DNA of 64,000 nt, from contig NC_043025.1 of assembly GCF_006345805.1 (NCBI RefSeq), positions 7,192,001 to 7,256,000 of the forward strand, given 5' to 3'. Position numbers and translations under genes: made by a program. This document shows positions 63,656 to 64,000 of this stretch, piece by piece. Origin of the DNA: Octopus sinensis (Eukaryota). Position 1 is the stretch's first letter; the number at the start of each line of letters is the position of its first letter. The notes under the pieces were generated by a model. The model did no database searches. It was not told the DNA's origin and worked only from the letters and a program-made list of their open reading frames with translations.

Positions 63656-64000
63656 GTCCCGGGTTGATTCGGGGTTAACCACAGTAAATAAGGTACTCAA
63701 TACATAGCAGAGTAAAATTAATTTATTATATAGAAGGAGCTTCTACAGGACTAGAACTGTTTCATTCAAGAGAAATCTTCAGGAAGCTAGTTAACCTGCC
63801 TAAATGTATAAATGCCAATACAATTCTTGTTAACTAGCTTCCTGAAGATTTCTCTTGAATGAAACAGTTCTAGTCCTGTAGAAGCTCCTTCTATATAATA
63901 AATATATATATATATATATATTTACATATATACGACAGGCTTCTTTCAGTTTCCGTCTACCAAATCCACTCACAAGGCTTTGGTCAGCCCGAGGCTATAG

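Noticed and set aside
47492-64000. Upstream TEP exons including the GCGEQ thioester motif
   Set aside because: Not found in the non-repeat stretches; they may lie in the gap or beyond the window, so thioester activity cannot be claimed.

Overview
Repeat-saturated eukaryotic genomic DNA with a 100-N scaffold gap at 48329-48428. The SINE/LINE/microsatellite landscape resembles Octopus (coleoid cephalopod); this is an inference, not a database match. Two spliced genes face each other tail-to-tail. (1) On +, the last coding exons of polybromo-1/PBRM1 (8097-8202, 9635-9864, probable terminal exon from 13381 with a stop codon split across the intron). (2) On -, seven in-frame exons of a CD109-like thioester-protein-family (TEP/A2M) gene (47491 down to 23677). 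They encode the end of the A2M complement domain, the receptor-binding domain and a GPI-anchor-type tail; a candidate alternative terminal exon at 29678-29718 would give a secreted form. The rest is mobile DNA: several tRNA-derived SINE families, RTE LINEs (one near full length with a PHD-like finger and a 3'UTR minisatellite), a CR1-like fragment, Tc1/mariner relics, head-to-tail non-autonomous Helitrons, MITEs, foldback palindromes and satellites. The most unusual element is at 38983-39527: a head-to-head dimer of a tRNA-headed (Pol III) element whose tail folds as a minimal Penelope-type hammerhead ribozyme, flanked by a 14-bp target-site duplication. Almost all long ORFs in the supplied track are low-complexity or repeat artefacts. 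Repeat boundaries are approximate; exon boundaries were read base by base.
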